NCBI GenBank assembly: GCA_963841435.1
Contig: CAWJCS010000001.1
Coordinates: 1 to 64,000, forward strand
Direction: 5' to 3'
Source of the DNA: an uncultured delta proteobacterium
Lineage (GTDB): Bacteria > Myxococcota_A > Polyangia > Polyangiales > Polyangiaceae
Length of the DNA: 64,000 nt
Under the pieces are notes generated by a model, which had not been told where the DNA came from, did no database searches, and worked only from the letters and a program-made list of their open reading frames with translations. Made by a program: the position numbers and the translations under genes. Shown here one piece after another: positions 46,570 through 57,174 of the stretch (position 1 is the stretch's first letter; each line of letters begins with the position of its first letter).

Positions 46570-49500
46570 TCAGGAGACGCAGGCCGCGAGCTCTTCGAGG
46601 GCGCGAGCGGCGAGCACGAGTCCGTCGGCTGCGGCTTCCGTTTCGAGCAGACGTCGCGTCAGCCGGCCGTCGGGGCTCAGCCGATAGGGCGAGCGCTTGC
46701 GTCCCACGAGCTCGCGCACCTTCGCAGGGTCGAGGGGTGTGTCGTCCCTCAGGTGGAACGAAACGCTCTTTTCGCTCGCCTCGCAGCCGAGCACACGGAG
46801 ACGTCTCAGCTCGCACTTGAGGCGCATGAGCTCGACGAATCGGCGCGCTTCGAGCGGCGGGGAGCCGAAGCGGTTCTCGAGCTCCTCGGCGAGATCGGTG
46901 ACTTCCGCTTCGCTCGCCGCGCTCGCAAAACGCTTGTAGAGGGAAAGGCGCACGCCGACCTCGGCGACGTATTCGGCGGCGAGCAGGGCCTCGACGTCGA
47001 AGGAGAGCTCGGGGTCGACGTCGTGAACGACCGTTTCTCCGCGCAACTCGAGCGTCGCCTCCTCGAGCATGCGGCAGAAGAGCTCGAAGCCGACGCTCGC
47101 CACGAACCCGCTCTGGTCGGCGCCGAGCAGATCGCCGGCCCCGCGCAGCTCCATGTCGAGCGTTGCGAGGTGGAACCCGGAGCCGAGCTCGCTGTAGCGC
47201 TCGAGTGCCTCGAGGCGTTGGCGGGCCTCGTCGCTGAGCTCCGAGGGGGGCGGCACGAGCAGGTAGCAGTAGGCGCGGTCGCGGGCGCGCCCCACCCGAC
47301 CGCGGAGCTGATAAAGCTGCGATAGGCCGAGCATGTCGGCGCGATCGATGAGGATGGTGTTGGCGCGAGGGATGTCGAGGCCGCTTTCGACGATCGCCGT
47401 CGCCACGAGCACGTCGTACTCGCCACCGACGAAGCCGAGCATGGTGCGCTCGAGCATCTCCTCGGACTGTTGGCCGTGGGCGACGGCGACGCGCGCGCTC
47501 GGCACGAGCGCTTTCACGCGTTCGGCGCGCTCGTGTAACCCCTCTACGCGGTTGTAGACGTAGAACACCTGCCCACCGCGCGAGAGCTCCTGCTCGACGG
47601 CTTCTCGCACGAGCGTGGCGTCGAACTGGCTCGTGAGCGTGCGTATCGAGCGGCGGTCGATGGGTGCCGTGGCGATGAGCGACATGTCGCGCAGGCCCCC
47701 GACGGCCAGCTGCAGCGTGCGCGGAATGGGCGTGGCGCTCAGTGTGAGCACGTCGACGTTGGCGCGGAGCTGCTTGATGCGCTCCTTGTGCGTGACACCG
47801 AAGCGCTGCTCTTCGTCCACGACCAACAGGCCGAGGTTCTTGTAGTGAACGTCCTTCGAGAGCAGGCGATGAGTGCCGATGACGACGTCGACTTTGCCCT
47901 CGCGGAGCCGGCGCACGGTGTCGATTTGCTCGGTCTTGCTCTGGAAGCGGCTCAGCGGGCGCACCTCGATTGGCCAGTCGGTGAAGCGCTGCGAGAAGGT
48001 CTGGAAGTGTTGCTGGGCGAGCACGGTCGTCGGGCACAACACCGCGACTTGCCGGCCGCCGAGCGCCATCAAGAACGCCGCGCGGAGTGCGACCTCGGTC
48101 TTGCCGAAACCCACGTCGCCGCACACGAGGCGATCCATCACCTTGGGGTTTTGCAGATCGGCGATGACCTCGGCGATCGCGGCGGCCTGGTCCCGCGTTT
48201 CGTCGAACGGGAAGCTTGCCTCGAACGCGGCGTAGTCGTCGTCGGGCGGCGCGAGCGGCGTCTTGTTGAGCGCGTTGCGCTCCGCGTAGAGGCGCAAGAG
48301 CTCGTCCGCCATCTGTCGCACGCGGCGCGCGACGCTGGCTTTGGTGCGCGCGAACGTCTGGCCGCCCAGGCGGTCGAGCCGGGGCGAGCCGTCGCCGCCC
48401 GAGTACTTCTGGACCTGGTTCAGCCGGTAAACCGGCAAGAACAGCCTATCGCCGCCCGCATACTCGACGACGATGAGGTCGAGCCCGATGCCGCCAACCT
48501 CGCGGCGCTCCAGCCCAACGTAGCGGCCGATGCCGTGCTCGACGTGGACGACGTGGTCCCCCGGCGTGAGGGCGCGCAGATCTTCGAGGAGCGCGCGGGC
48601 CGGGCGCTTGCGTTCCGGGGGGCGGCGCGCGCGCGGCCCGAAGATTTCCTCGTCGGTGAGCAGCACGAGCTGCTCGAGCGGCGCCACCACCCCGCGAGCG
48701 AGCGGCGCGACGACGACGCCGGGTGAAAGCCCGCGATGTGCGAGCAGGCTGCGGATGCGCTCGGCCTGGGTCTCGGAGCGCGCGACGGCCGTGACCGAGA
48801 GCCCGTCGTCCTGCCAGCGTGTCACCGCCTCGACGACAGGGTCGAGCGCCGCGTGCTTGCCGCGAGCCGTGCGCGCGAGCGTCATGGCTCGGGCGAGCTC
48901 CGCGTGGTCGTCCTGCGCGAGCGTCGGCGCGGTGATCGGTGCGCCTTCGAGCTTGTGGCGCGCGCCCTCGCCTCCCGCCGCACCGGCGATCCCGAGCCTG
49001 TGGGCGGCAACCCACTGGCTCGCGTCGAGCGCCGCTTCGAGGAGCGCGATGTCCGTGTACAGGGCCGCGACCGGAAAATGCGGCACGGCACCGCGCGCCG
49101 CCTCCGCGACGAGGGCCTGCTCAATCTCGCGGTCGAGCGCGCGCGCCACGGCCGGCGGGTCCTCCACGACGATGACGGTCCCGTCCGGCAAGACGGACGT
49201 GAGCGGCACCAGGTCGGAGAAAGCCGGCAGGTAGCCCTCGCTGCCGAAGAACGAGCGCCCGAGCACGAGGTCGTCGATGAGCGCGCGCGCCTTGGTCGAG
49301 GGGTAGCTGCATTCGTCGCAGAGGTCGCGCAGCGTCGCGCGCGCGCGTGTCGCCGCCTGCTCTCCGAGAATTGCTTCGCGCGCCGGCGGCAAGAAGAACC
49401 CCTTGATCTTGTCCTTGGTCCGCTGGTCCGCGGGATCGAAGCGGCTCGCCGAGAGCACGAGATCGCCGTAAAGCTCGATGCGCACCGGGTCGTCCGCATC

Positions 49501-50124
49501 AGCGGGCCACACGTCGAACACCCCGCCCCGAACGGCGAACGTCGCGGGATCCTCCACGACGGGGGCACGTTGGTAGCCGGATTCGGTGAGGCTTCGGGCC
49601 GTCTTTTCGACGTCGAGCTCGCCGTCGACGAGAACCTCGAGCGCGGCGGCGACCAGCGCCGCCGGTGGGGCGACGCGCCGCAAGAGCCCCGACGCCGTCG
49701 TGACGGCCACGGTCCACGGCAGTCCCTTGGCGATGCGAAAGAGGGCGGTCGCCCGCTGCATCGTCGCGCGGCGGTCGGGGTGCACGTCGGCGTAGGGGCT
49801 GGTTTCCGCGCCCACGAGCAGGAGCGGTGGCGGCTCGTCGTCGGTGGTGCCTGCCTCGGGGAGCCCGAGGCGTCGCAGCGCTTCCAGATCCAGCGACGCG
49901 CGCTCCGCGGTCTCGGAATCCGGCGCGACGTAGAGCACGTGGCGGGCCCCGGCGCCGAGCAGCGCGCGCGCGAGCAGTGCGGGGCCCGAGCCGGCCGCCC
50001 CCACGACGGCGACTCCGCCGGCACGCGTCATGACCTCGCGCGCCGCGTCCCGCACCGACACCAACCGGCGTCCGCTCGGCAGCGAAGGAGCGCTCTCGGC
50101 GGGCAAGCTCGTCGTCTCGGGCAT
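46570..50124 (-). CDS. mfd: Transcription-repair coupling factor
   Basis: VVHVEHGIGRY, MDRLVCGDVGFGKTEVA, DEEQRFG, QLRGRVGR and DMELRGAG motifs; 1184 aa. Confidence 0.97.
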   Translation of the reverse strand: MPETTSLPAESAPSLPSGRRLVSVRDAAREVMTRAGGVAVVGAAGSGPALLARALLGAGARHVLYVAPDSETAERASLDLEALRRLGLPEAGTTDDEPPPLLLVGAETSPYADVHPDRRATMQRATALFRIAKGLPWTVAVTTASGLLRRVAPPAALVAAALEVLVDGELDVEKTARSLTESGYQRAPVVEDPATFAVRGGVFDVWPADADDPVRIELYGDLVLSASRFDPADQRTKDKIKGFFLPPAREAILGEQAATRARATLRDLCDECSYPSTKARALIDDLVLGRSFFGSEGYLPAFSDLVPLTSVLPDGTVIVVEDPPAVARALDREIEQALVAEAARGAVPHFPVAALYTDIALLEAALDASQWVAAHRLGIAGAAGGEGARHKLEGAPITAPTLAQDDHAELARAMTLARTARGKHAALDPVVEAVTRWQDDGLSVTAVARSETQAERIRSLLAHRGLSPGVVVAPLARGVVAPLEQLVLLTDEEIFGPRARRPPERKRPARALLEDLRALTPGDHVVHVEHGIGRYVGLERREVGGIGLDLIVVEYAGGDRLFLPVYRLNQVQKYSGGDGSPRLDRLGGQTFARTKASVARRVRQMADELLRLYAERNALNKTPLAPPDDDYAAFEASFPFDETRDQAAAIAEVIADLQNPKVMDRLVCGDVGFGKTEVALRAAFLMALGGRQVAVLCPTTVLAQQHFQTFSQRFTDWPIEVRPLSRFQSKTEQIDTVRRLREGKVDVVIGTHRLLSKDVHYKNLGLLVVDEEQRFGVTHKERIKQLRANVDVLTLSATPIPRTLQLAVGGLRDMSLIATAPIDRRSIRTLTSQFDATLVREAVEQELSRGGQVFYVYNRVEGLHERAERVKALVPSARVAVAHGQQSEEMLERTMLGFVGGEYDVLVATAIVESGLDIPRANTILIDRADMLGLSQLYQLRGRVGRARDRAYCYLLVPPPSELSDEARQRLEALERYSELGSGFHLATLDMELRGAGDLLGADQSGFVASVGFELFCRMLEEATLELRGETVVHDVDPELSFDVEALLAAEYVAEVGVRLSLYKRFASAASEAEVTDLAEELENRFGSPPLEARRFVELMRLKCELRRLRVLGCEASEKSVSFHLRDDTPLDPAKVRELVGRKRSPYRLSPDGRLTRRLLETEAAADGLVLAARALEELAACVS

Positions 50125-50140
50125 GGGGCCGGGAGGCTTA

Positions 50141-51007
50141 CTACTCGGGCGGCAGCTCGGCGAGTGCCGCGAGCAGGTGGTTTCGTGCCCGAAGCCGGTA
50201 GGGGCCGTCGCTCCGGGCCCGCAGCTCCGCGCGAAAGGCGTCGGCCGCCGCGGCGAGTGCGCCCCTGCGGTAAAGGACGACGCCGCGGGCGAGCGCGGCC
50301 GGGTAGCTCGGATCGAGGCGCTGGAGCGCCGCGATCGACAGGAGCGTCATCCGGTCGTGCGCCGGGTCGGGGCCGGGCGGCGCGTGTCGGAGCAGGAGCG
50401 CGTGAAACGCGCGGAGCTCGTCGAGCGTCGCGGCGAGCGGCGGAGCCTCTCCCGTGCGCGTGAGCTCGGTCCAGCGCATGCGAAACAGCGTCGCTAGCTC
50501 CTCGTCGTCGAGAAGCAAGCGATCGCCGGCTAGCCAGCCGTTCTTCTTCGCCACCTCGGGAAAATCGCCACCGAGCTCGCGAAGCTCCTTGCTCGGTTTG
50601 CTCCCGGGGGCCCAGGCGTGCACCGCCTCGACGAAGAGCTCCACCTGGAGGCCGCGCAGCGCGAGGAGAGGGCGGCCGCCGGCCTCCTCGCGGGCCTCTT
50701 TGGCCAGACGCTCGAGGTCGTGGACCGCCTGCTGCGGAACACCGCGCTCGAAGACGGTGCCCGTGCCCACGCGTCGAAATGCCTCGCCCACCGCGCGCAC
50801 CTTGAACGACAGTCGCTCGTGGCGTGCTCGCTCCGCGACCTCGGCTTCTTCGCGGTGTCGCGCGCGCAGTAGCCTGCGATCCGGCTGTGGGAGGGGCAGG
50901 AGCTGGGGCGCCGACGCGCGGGGCACGGCGAGGAGCGCTGCAGCGACGAGCAGCGTTCCGCCGAGGAGCACGGCGCCGATCCCCTCGAGCTGGCTCGGCC
51001 GCCGCAT
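50141..51007 (-). CDS. Hypothetical membrane-anchored protein with a TPR-like C-terminus
   Basis: N-terminal TM and host codon bias; start uncertain. Confidence 0.7.
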   Translation of the reverse strand: MRRPSQLEGIGAVLLGGTLLVAAALLAVPRASAPQLLPLPQPDRRLLRARHREEAEVAERARHERLSFKVRAVGEAFRRVGTGTVFERGVPQQAVHDLERLAKEAREEAGGRPLLALRGLQVELFVEAVHAWAPGSKPSKELRELGGDFPEVAKKNGWLAGDRLLLDDEELATLFRMRWTELTRTGEAPPLAATLDELRAFHALLLRHAPPGPDPAHDRMTLLSIAALQRLDPSYPAALARGVVLYRRGALAAAADAFRAELRARSDGPYRLRARNHLLAALAELPPE

Positions 51008-51092
51008 GCCAGGCACTCGCTTGACAGCCGTGAGGATCCCGATGAGGCTTGAAGCCTTCTTATCGCTCACGCCACCCCCTTCGAGGTTCGCC

Positions 51093-51398
51093 TTGAACGA
51101 CAATCGCGCTCACGCCAGGACTCCGATCAACGTCATGGTCACGTGTGAGGCGGCGGGGGGAGCGTCATTCGAAGCGCTGGCCAGGGACATCAGCGTGGGA
51201 GGCATGTACCTCGAGGGGGCGGACGTTCCACCCTTCGGGACACAGCTTACGATCGTCGCCATGCTACCGGGCGCCAAGAAGCTAGTCCGCCTTCCGGCTA
51301 TCGTGCGCTGGGCGAAACCGGGCGGATTCGGCGTGCAGTTTGGCCTCATGGGTGCCATGGAAACCCATGTCATCAGCGAGCTCATGCGCGTAGACTGA
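51093..51398 (+). CDS. PilZ domain protein
   Basis: RAHAR (RxxxR) and DISVGG (DxSxxG) motifs, GFGVQF. Confidence 0.85.
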   Translation: MNDNRAHARTPINVMVTCEAAGGASFEALARDISVGGMYLEGADVPPFGTQLTIVAMLPGAKKLVRLPAIVRWAKPGGFGVQFGLMGAMETHVISELMRVD

Positions 51399-51446
51399 CC
51401 GCGCTATGGTTTTGGTGCCGAGCGACGGCCGGCGCGGTGTCCGAAA

Positions 51447-52028
51447 ATGAGCCAGATCCCCCGCGAGCCCGCGGATTTCTTCGAGCGCTACGTGCCCGAG
51501 CACCTCGCCAAGCTGGGCGGTGAGTTCGCCGGGCGCTCGTCTCCGGGGGCCATCGCCTTCGACCTCGGGTCGAGCGGGGCATGGTCCATCCGACTCGATG
51601 CCGGCGCCCTCGTCGTGGAGAAGGGGGTCCGTGCGGACACGCTTTTTCGCGTGTCGCTCGATCCGTCGGACTTCGAGCCCGTGCTCGTAGCGGGCGCCGA
51701 GCGGCTCGGTCTCGACGCCGGTCTGGAGCGGCAGCTCGTCGCCGTGCGGGCGCTCGTCCTCGACGAGGATCGACTGCGCCTCGTGCGAGAAGCAGAGGGC
51801 TCGCTCGGGCTCAGGCTCGCTGGAGCCGAGCGCGAGCATCGGCTCACGATCACGCTTGGCCCGGACGCGAGCGCGTCGGCGGCCGACTGCGAGCTTCAGT
51901 GCTCGCTCGAGGATCTCTGGGCCCTGCAGAGTGGCCAGAAGAACCCGTTCGAGCTCATGATGGACGGCAAGGTGACCATCACGGGCAACGCTCAGCTTGC
52001 GATGGTGCTCGGCGCCGCGCTCGGCTGA
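51447..52028 (+). CDS. SCP2 sterol-binding domain protein
   Basis: C-terminal NPFELMMDGKVTITGNAQLAM. Confidence 0.75.
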   Translation: MSQIPREPADFFERYVPEHLAKLGGEFAGRSSPGAIAFDLGSSGAWSIRLDAGALVVEKGVRADTLFRVSLDPSDFEPVLVAGAERLGLDAGLERQLVAVRALVLDEDRLRLVREAEGSLGLRLAGAEREHRLTITLGPDASASAADCELQCSLEDLWALQSGQKNPFELMMDGKVTITGNAQLAMVLGAALG

Positions 52029-52065
52029 GACGTGCGCCCTAGGTCAGCCGCTCCTCGCGGCTCCG

Positions 52066-53181
52066 TCAGCGAATCGACAGCGAATCACCCTCGAAGGTGA
52101 TGCCGAGGGGGCGCACCACGACGCTGCGCGGCCCTTTCTCGACGTGCCCCGCGCGGAGCAACGAAAACCCTGCGCGCGCCGCAACGCCGATCGCTTTTTC
52201 CACCCCGGCCTCAGCCAAGTAGACCACGAACCCCGCGCCCATGTTGAACGTCCCGTACGCCTCGCTCGGCGGCAGATTCGCGCCCTCGACGAGCAGAGAC
52301 AGCACGGGCGGCACGTCCGGCAGCGTGTCGACGACGTAGCGAAGAGCCCGCGTCGAGCGCATGAATTTCCGCCATCCGTGCCCGGTGACGTGCACGGCGT
52401 AGTGAAGCTCGACACCGGCATCGAGCAGCGCCTCCACGAGCACGCCGTAAAGTGGCGTGGGCTCGAGCAGCGCTTCGCCGAGGCTCCGCCCCTGGGGGTC
52501 GCCTGGGACGGGCGTGCGATAGCCGGCGGGCAAACGCGTCGCAACGTCGCGCGCCAAGGTGAGGCCGTTCGTGTGAATACCGGTCGCCGGAGCGACCAGC
52601 AGCGCGTCGCCTTCGTCCACGCGCGAGCCGAGCAAGAGCTCGCTCCGTGCCGCGAAGCCGACCGCCGAGCCACCGAGCACGACCGCGCGTTCGTCGATGA
52701 TGCCCTTGAGGACCTGCGTTTCGCCTCCGCCCCACGCGCAATGGGCCGTTCGGCACGCGCCCTCCCAGCCGGTGACGAGGTCACCCAGCCGCTCCTGGTC
52801 GGCGAACCAGTCGGAGTGGCCGGCGCCCCAATACGCCGTGACGCACGTGGGGCGCGCGCCGAGTGTCGCGAGGTCGTTGAGCACGGTGGCCACCGTGTCG
52901 CGGGCGACGGCGTCGTAGTGGGTCTTTTTCGTGTACTCGCGGACGGCGTCGGCGACGAGATTCTTGGTACCGAGCGCCTCCGTCACGGTGACGAGGTAGC
53001 GGTCACCGAGGTCGACGACGTAGGCGCTCTCTCCTCGGCTTTCCTCGACCTCGCGGGCGCCACGCCGTTCGAGCTCCGTGCGCGTCCCGAAGGCAGCACG
53101 CTGGGCGAGCACCTTGCCGGGATCGAGGACGCCGTAGTCGACGCCGGCGGCGGCGTAGGGGTCCACTTGGGCGTCGGACAC
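52066..53181 (-). CDS. purM: Phosphoribosylformylglycinamidine cyclo-ligase (AIR synthase)
   Basis: YAAAGVD, GGETQ, GIHTNG, HVTGHG and TFNMGAG motifs. Confidence 0.88.
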   Translation of the reverse strand: MSDAQVDPYAAAGVDYGVLDPGKVLAQRAAFGTRTELERRGAREVEESRGESAYVVDLGDRYLVTVTEALGTKNLVADAVREYTKKTHYDAVARDTVATVLNDLATLGARPTCVTAYWGAGHSDWFADQERLGDLVTGWEGACRTAHCAWGGGETQVLKGIIDERAVVLGGSAVGFAARSELLLGSRVDEGDALLVAPATGIHTNGLTLARDVATRLPAGYRTPVPGDPQGRSLGEALLEPTPLYGVLVEALLDAGVELHYAVHVTGHGWRKFMRSTRALRYVVDTLPDVPPVLSLLVEGANLPPSEAYGTFNMGAGFVVYLAEAGVEKAIGVAARAGFSLLRAGHVEKGPRSVVVRPLGITFEGDSLSIR

Positions 53182-53218
53182 GGCCGACTCTTAGCACCGA
53201 TCGGCGGCCAGCCGGCCG

Positions 53219-54538
53219 CTATTTCGTGCCCGGCACCGGCGGTAGCGGTGCCCAGCGCAGCGACTCACCGACCTTCGAGGTGACCTGCAGCGTCGTGAAG
53301 CGCTTGAGGGACATCATGTACATGCCCGCTTGCTGGTTGCGGGTTGAGAAGAAGGCGAGCAGGCGGCCGTCGGGGCTGCACGCGGGGTAGGTGTTCGAGC
53401 CCTGGCTCTGTGTGAGGCGCGACATGCCGCGGCCCTGCTCGTCCGACATGATGAGGTCGCGGCGATCGCCGCCCACCGAGACGGAGTAGACCATGCGAAC
53501 GCCGTCCTCGGTGTCGCAGAACGTCGGCGCCGAGGCCGAGAACCCGTTCGGTGAGACCGCCTTGCCTTCGACGTAGATGCGCTGCGAGCCCTGGTCGGCA
53601 TTGCCCCCGACCCAGGCGAGCTTGCCCGACGGGCTGAACACGGGGTGCGCTGCGAAATCCGTGGTCGAGGCCTTGACCATGTTGGTGCCGTCCGAAAGGC
53701 CCACGTAGATCGTGCTCTTTCCGCCTTCCGACACGGCGACGGCCATCTTCGAGCCGCTCTTGTTGAACGACACGCCGTACACCGAGCTCGTGAAGGGAAG
53801 CGACACGGGCTTTTCCACGCCGCCCACGAGCATCGCCAGGTGGAACGGGCCGTAGTTCTTGCTCACCGAGTAGTAGAGCGTGGCGTTGAGCCCGAACTCG
53901 GGGCTGATGCTCGTGACCGACGGATCGGTGACCGGCGAGAGGCCCTGCCCGTCGGCGTCCATCCGGAAAACGCGATGGTTCTTCGTCCAACGCGCCGAGA
54001 ACGCGAGCTGGCTCGCGAATCCGCCGGGGCGGCCCGTGAGCGCGCCGAGCAGAGCGTCGGTGATGCGATGCGCAGTCACGCGGACGTCGGCTTTGTCTAC
54101 CAGGAGCTTCTTCTGATAGACGGGGTCCTTGCCGACGTTCAAAAAGTAGGCGAGGCCGAAGACCTCGGATTTCCCGCCCTTTGGCCTTGCCGCGACCTTG
54201 ACGATCGCCTCGGCGCCGAGCGCCTGCCAGGCCGGCACGTCAACCGGATCATCGAACGAGTAGAGCCCGGACGGCGCCTTGGTGTCGGGGATCAGCTCGA
54301 ACAGGCCCGTGAGCTCGATGTCGCGCCGCACGACGGAGCGCACCACGACGTCTTCGAGCTCGGGCGAGAGCGAGGGGAGGATCGCGATGCGCGGCAGCTT
54401 CTCCGCCTGGTGTCCCGTGACGATGAACTCGCCGAGCTGGCTCTCGTCGGGGGGTGACTGGCCCGCGGGGACGGGCTGAGCGGCGACGGTTGACGCGCCG
54501 AGCAGGATGCAGAGTACGAAAAGTAAGCTTCGGGTCAT
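53219..54538 (-). CDS. tolB: TolB-like periplasmic beta-propeller protein
   Basis: TolB-N-like region, GGFASQLAF, PD40-like P.FSPSG and PACSPDG repeats; coupled to tolA. Confidence 0.85.
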   Translation of the reverse strand: MTRSLLFVLCILLGASTVAAQPVPAGQSPPDESQLGEFIVTGHQAEKLPRIAILPSLSPELEDVVVRSVVRRDIELTGLFELIPDTKAPSGLYSFDDPVDVPAWQALGAEAIVKVAARPKGGKSEVFGLAYFLNVGKDPVYQKKLLVDKADVRVTAHRITDALLGALTGRPGGFASQLAFSARWTKNHRVFRMDADGQGLSPVTDPSVTSISPEFGLNATLYYSVSKNYGPFHLAMLVGGVEKPVSLPFTSSVYGVSFNKSGSKMAVAVSEGGKSTIYVGLSDGTNMVKASTTDFAAHPVFSPSGKLAWVGGNADQGSQRIYVEGKAVSPNGFSASAPTFCDTEDGVRMVYSVSVGGDRRDLIMSDEQGRGMSRLTQSQGSNTYPACSPDGRLLAFFSTRNQQAGMYMMSLKRFTTLQVTSKVGESLRWAPLPPVPGTK

Positions 54539-55434
54539 GGCTCTGCGGGTTCCTCTGGTGCGGGTTCGGGCTTCGGCTCGGGCTTGGCTTCCGACTTCTC
54601 TTCGCTCTTTGCCTCGCACTTGGCAGCTCGCCCGGAGAACGTCGGCCGCACGACGCTGCCGAGTATGTCTGGATAAAGGGGTGGTGGAGGCGGCAGCTCC
54701 GCTCCGATGACACCCTGCATGACGCTTTGAACGCGCGCGTCGAACACGGAATTCCCGCTCGGACGGACGACACTGAATCCCGTGACACTGCGATCGCCGC
54801 CGACGTTGGCCGCGACGGCGGCCGAAAGGGCCTTGAGCTGGTCGCAAGGTATTTCTCCGACGGGCGGCGTGAACCGCGCATTGAACCAGCTCAGGATCTT
54901 CTGCTGGTACTGCGAGAGGGCGCGTGCCTTCAACGGATCGACCTCCGTACCCTCTTTTACGCCGTCGGGCGCCCCTTCTCCCTCCACGGTGGGCTCGGCG
55001 TCGGGCGTGGCGTCGAGAAGCTCCTGGTCGACTTCTTTCGCGGTCTCGGCGTCGGGCGGCGGCGCCTCGGCGTCCTTCGCGAGCGGGGCCTTCGTGATGT
55101 CGTCGACGCTTTTTCCGGCGAGCGGCGAGGGGGCGCTTTTCTCCTGGAAGCGCTGCACCGGCGGCTGCTTCTTCCACATCTCCGGCAGCTTGGCCTTCAT
55201 CTTCTTGCCGCCGAGCTTGAGCAGCGGAAGCTCGTCGAGCACGGGAGTTACCTTGATCGGCATGGGGGGCGGTCGTTCCGCTTCGCGCGCCTTGATTTGC
55301 ATACCGCTCGTGCCGGCCGCAAGGACGAGGGTGAGCAAGGCGGTCTCTACGAGCAGCGTCGCCGCTCCGGCCAAGAAGACCTCGGAGGCCACGAATGTGC
55401 GCGGCCCGGGCGGAGTCGCGAAACCGGCGGCCAT
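54535..55434 (-). CDS. tolA: TolA/TonB C-terminal domain protein
   Basis: N-terminal TM, charged linker and SGNSVFDA motif; lies between tolR and tolB. Confidence 0.75.
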   Translation of the reverse strand: MAAGFATPPGPRTFVASEVFLAGAATLLVETALLTLVLAAGTSGMQIKAREAERPPPMPIKVTPVLDELPLLKLGGKKMKAKLPEMWKKQPPVQRFQEKSAPSPLAGKSVDDITKAPLAKDAEAPPPDAETAKEVDQELLDATPDAEPTVEGEGAPDGVKEGTEVDPLKARALSQYQQKILSWFNARFTPPVGEIPCDQLKALSAAVAANVGGDRSVTGFSVVRPSGNSVFDARVQSVMQGVIGAELPPPPPLYPDILGSVVRPTFSGRAAKCEAKSEEKSEAKPEPKPEPAPEEPAEP

Positions 55435-55437
55435 GCG

Positions 55438-55905
55438 CTAGGGCTTGGCTCCCTTCGCCGGCGGTGTGCTCGGCGTCGGGCTCGCGGCGGTATCCTCTTC
55501 GATCTCCGGCTCCACGAGCAGATTGAGTGACTCGACGCCGCTGTTGCGTGCGGCCGCGACCACGGTGGCGACGATGCCGTAGCGCGCTTCCTTGTCGGCC
55601 CGGATGTAGAGCTCGCGCTCGCGCTGAACGCGCGCATTTTCCTTGAGCGCCTCGTCGATGCGCGAGGTCACGTCGTCCTCCCCGAACAGCACGCGCTCGT
55701 CCTTGGTGATCGTGACGAGCAGCCGAGCGTCCTTCACGGGTGTCTGCGCGGCGTTGACCTCGGGCAGATCGATGCGAAGCCCCGTGGTCAAGAGTGGAGC
55801 GGTAACGATGAAGACGATGAGCAGCACGAGCATGACGTCGACGAGCGGCGTCACGTTGATGTCACGAAAGCCGCCCCGGCCCCGCCGCCCGACGGCGAGC
55901 CCCAC
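55438..55905 (-). CDS. tolR: TolR/ExbD
   Basis: INVTPLVDVMLVLLIVF and YIRADK motifs. Confidence 0.88.
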   Translation of the reverse strand: MGLAVGRRGRGGFRDINVTPLVDVMLVLLIVFIVTAPLLTTGLRIDLPEVNAAQTPVKDARLLVTITKDERVLFGEDDVTSRIDEALKENARVQRERELYIRADKEARYGIVATVVAAARNSGVESLNLLVEPEIEEDTAASPTPSTPPAKGAKP

Positions 55906-55906
55906 G

Positions 55907-56638
55907 CTATTCCCCCCCGCCGACCGCCGGGAACGCCGGCTTGCGGCCGAGCGGCATGGGCGCTTCGGGGTGCTCGTCGTGCAGCATCTCCACCCAGCTG
56001 TCCGCCGATGCCGCGAGCTCATCGAGGAGGTCGCCGATGCGCTTGTCGACGAAGTTGTAGCCGATGGTGGCTGGAATCGCGGCGACCAGGCCGAATGCGG
56101 TTGCGATCAGCGCCTCACCGATGGCCGGTGCGACGACGGGCAGCGATGCGCTCTTCTCGACGCCGATGCGCAAAAACGCGTCCATGATGCCCCAGACCGT
56201 TCCGAAGAGGCCGATGAACGGGGAGGCCGATGCGATGCTCGAGAGCAGCGGCATGAGGATCGTCGCCCGCTGCTGCTCGGCCGCGATGGCGCGTTTGGCG
56301 ACCGCCGTCAAAAATTCCGTCTTCGCACCCTGAGTAGGGCGCCGCCGGCCCATCTCGATGACGACCCGCCCGCCCGGCGAATCGGCGTGACGCCGCGCGA
56401 GCGCCAGCAGGTCGCTCGGCAGCTCCGCGCTCGCCGCTTCGCGCTCGAAGGCCCGGTTGCGCGACCGGAGCCGGGCAATTTGCCCCGTCTTCAGGAACCA
56501 GATGAACCAGACGGCGATCGAAGCCGCCACGAGCACGAGCAAGACCACGAGCACCACCCCCGAGGTGTGCAACGCGAGATCGATGGGATCGAAGGAAGGA
56601 GGGGGTGTGCCCGAGGGGCTCGGGGAGGGCTCGTTCAT
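55907..56638 (-). CDS. tolQ: TolQ/ExbB/MotA family proton channel
   Basis: SPFIGLFGTVWGIM and VAPAIGEALIATAFGLVAAIPA motifs. Confidence 0.9.
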   Translation of the reverse strand: MNEPSPSPSGTPPPSFDPIDLALHTSGVVLVVLLVLVAASIAVWFIWFLKTGQIARLRSRNRAFEREAASAELPSDLLALARRHADSPGGRVVIEMGRRRPTQGAKTEFLTAVAKRAIAAEQQRATILMPLLSSIASASPFIGLFGTVWGIMDAFLRIGVEKSASLPVVAPAIGEALIATAFGLVAAIPATIGYNFVDKRIGDLLDELAASADSWVEMLHDEHPEAPMPLGRKPAFPAVGGGE

Positions 56639-56655
56639 GTGTGCCGAGCAGCCTT

Positions 56656-57174
56656 CTAGTTCCCGAGCATTACGTCAACGCGTCGGTCCTTCTCCCAGCC
56701 AGCTTCGTCGGTTCCGGTAGCGTCCATCTCGCCGCGAGAGGTGGTCGCGATGCGCGCGCCGTCCATACCGGCATCCACGATGGCGCCCTTCACGTTGTCG
56801 CTGCGGCGGCCTCCGAGGACCATGTTGTACTCTTCGTCACCGCGCGGATCGGCGTGCCCGACGAGCCGCATGGTGCGACCCTTGAGCGGCCCGCTCATGA
56901 AGCAGGTGGCGAGCTTGATCAGGACGGCCTTGTCCTGTGGGCGGACGTTCGCGGAGTCGTACGCAAAGAACGCCTCGGAGTCCGTGATGCCGCAGGCCTT
57001 CTTGATGTCGTCGGCGATCGCGATGTTCGAACGCGTCGGTACATCGCCCGGCTTCTCGGGCTGAGCGACGGGTGCGGGCGCGGGTGGTGGTGGGGGGGCC
57101 TTCGGTGGCGGCGGCGGCTCGGAGCCGCAGGCGACGAGCAGACCAAGTGCGCAAAGGGTGGTGTGAAATCTCAT
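56656..57174 (-). CDS. pal: OmpA-family peptidoglycan-associated lipoprotein
   Basis: Lipobox LVAC, FAYDS, GHADPRGDEEYNMVLG.RR and DRRVD. Confidence 0.85.
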   Translation of the reverse strand: MRFHTTLCALGLLVACGSEPPPPPKAPPPPPAPAPVAQPEKPGDVPTRSNIAIADDIKKACGITDSEAFFAYDSANVRPQDKAVLIKLATCFMSGPLKGRTMRLVGHADPRGDEEYNMVLGGRRSDNVKGAIVDAGMDGARIATTSRGEMDATGTDEAGWEKDRRVDVMLGN

